Assembly: GCF_044704955.1 (NCBI RefSeq)
Contig: NC_091999.1
Span: 9,858,001 to 9,922,000 of the forward strand
From: Pristiophorus japonicus
Taxonomy: Eukaryota
Reading direction: 5' to 3'
DNA: 64,000 nt
A program made the translations under genes and the position numbers. Below are positions 62,937-64,000 of this stretch, in pieces (within the stretch, counting starts at the first letter, position 1; every line of letters starts with the position of its first letter). The notes beneath the pieces were generated by a model. That model saw only the letters and a program-made list of their open reading frames with translations, was not told where the DNA came from and made no database searches.

Positions 62937-63163
62937 GTGGAATTAGAGAAACTATAACTGAAGAGTCACTAATCCTGTTGAAATGTAGTCACCCAATGAA
63001 TGCATTAGGTCGTTTTACCAGAAACAAAAATGCACGATATATTTCTGTACCTTCAGTTATACCTTTCAGTCGAAAACTTGCTCACATTATTCAGTGTAAC
63101 AGATTGCAACCAGAAATAGAACTGCTATTTCAAGGGATTGTTGGTGAAGAAAGAGCAGACCCC

Positions 63164-63601
63164 ATGTCGTACCATCAGCTCATTGTCGTATGGCTGATGT
63201 TCGGTAAGTGTGGCCATGTCTTCTATCTGTTTGCACTAATGTGAAATTATTAGACTTTCGAACTCAGTATTGTACTCAAAGATAACTTTTATTTCAGTGG
63301 GGATTCGAGCAAATTCGGTGTCACAACCTCAGACCGAGCTGTATGTGACTGAAGGAGATGGTGTGAAAATAAAATGTAGCTACACAACAAGCTACAGTAA
63401 CCCCGATCTGTACTGGTATCGACAGCACGTGAACCAGGCTCCGCAATTTATTTTGTACCGGGATAACAGCAGAAAAGCAGAAGCAGATTTTGCCAAGGGA
63501 AGATTCGATGCCGGCCAGGCAAACGCAGAAAAGATGTTTGATTTAACCGTGACTCGAGCAGAATTCCAGGACACCGCCCGATATTTCTGCGGGCTGAGCT
63601 A
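63164..63601 (+). CDS. Apparently functional TCR alpha/delta-type V segment V11; exons 63164-63203 and 63298-63601
   Basis: Leader MSYHQLIVVWLMF-G|gtaagt, atttcag| acceptor, and exon ANSVSQPQTELYVTEGDGVKIKCSYTTSYSNPDLYWYRQHVNQAPQFILY..KGRF..DTARYFCGLS. Confidence 0.94.
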
Positions 63602-63640
63602 CACAGTGTTTTAAAAGTCATCTGCCGCTTTACAAAAACT
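63602..63640 (+). other. 23-RSS of V11 (near consensus)
   Basis: CACAGTG + 23 bp + ACAAAAACT. Confidence 0.95.
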
Positions 63641-63764
63641 TCTGTGAAATAAAACTGCTGGAGACTGCGCCTCAACCCTCTGACTCAGAGACGAGCGTGA
63701 GACCAACTAAGCCAGGGCTGACAATTACAGTCAGTTCAAGGGAACGCACCCGTGTCTGTAAGTG

Positions 63765-64000
63765 TCAGGCGTGGCCCTGTCGCTTTTTGGTCAGATCATT
63801 TTCGGTTCATGTCCCACTCCAGAGACTCAGGTGCCATAATCGAGGGCCGACACTCCTGATGCCAGTACTGCGGGAGCGTTGCATTTTCGCACGTTCCGTC
63901 AATCAGATGGGATGTCCAGTCTGCCCTCGCAAGTGGATGTTACGATACCACGGCACTATTTCGAAAAAAAACAGCCGAGTTTACCCAGATGTCGTGGGCA
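63765..64000 (+). mobile_element. Decayed tRNA-derived SINE (same type as 8930-9330)
   Basis: GGTTCATGTCCCACTCCAGAGACT B-box region and CAGTACTGCGGGAG..GTCTGCCC similarity to the other copies. Confidence 0.45.

Noticed and set aside
1-64000. J, D or C segments, IgH-like or NAR-TCR V domains
   Set aside because: No FGxG/WGxG J motif with an upstream 12-RSS, no C1-set exon, and no clearly IgH-type framework was seen. Alpha versus delta usage cannot be decided from this window.

Overview
Vertebrate genomic DNA, most likely from a cartilaginous fish (shark-type CR1/L2/RTE/Tx1 LINEs and DeuSINE-like SINEs). The window lies inside a T-cell receptor alpha/delta-type V gene cluster. I find 11 recognisable V segments, most with a leader exon, a phase-1 intron, a V exon and a 3' recombination signal with a 22-24 bp spacer. 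Six are on the minus strand (4.6-34.3 kb) within 3.5 tandem copies of a ~10-12 kb segmental duplication. Five are on the plus strand (40-63.6 kb). Two look fully functional (28637-29098 minus; 63164-63601 plus), one is open but lacks the first canonical Cys (45302-46944), and the rest are pseudogenes. More decayed V relics are also visible. No D, J or C segments and no 12-RSS were found. About two thirds of the window is retroelement sequence, including a nested CR1/Tx1/CR1 block at 48-62.5 kb. The most notable features are: a 490-codon in-frame CR1 reverse transcriptase-V domain fusion that keeps its RSS; a hidden opposite-strand V relic whose 23-RSS sits tail-to-tail with the V RSS in every duplication unit; and a near-perfect CTCF motif 40 bp beyond one RSS. 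All calls come from manual reading, and no database searches were run.
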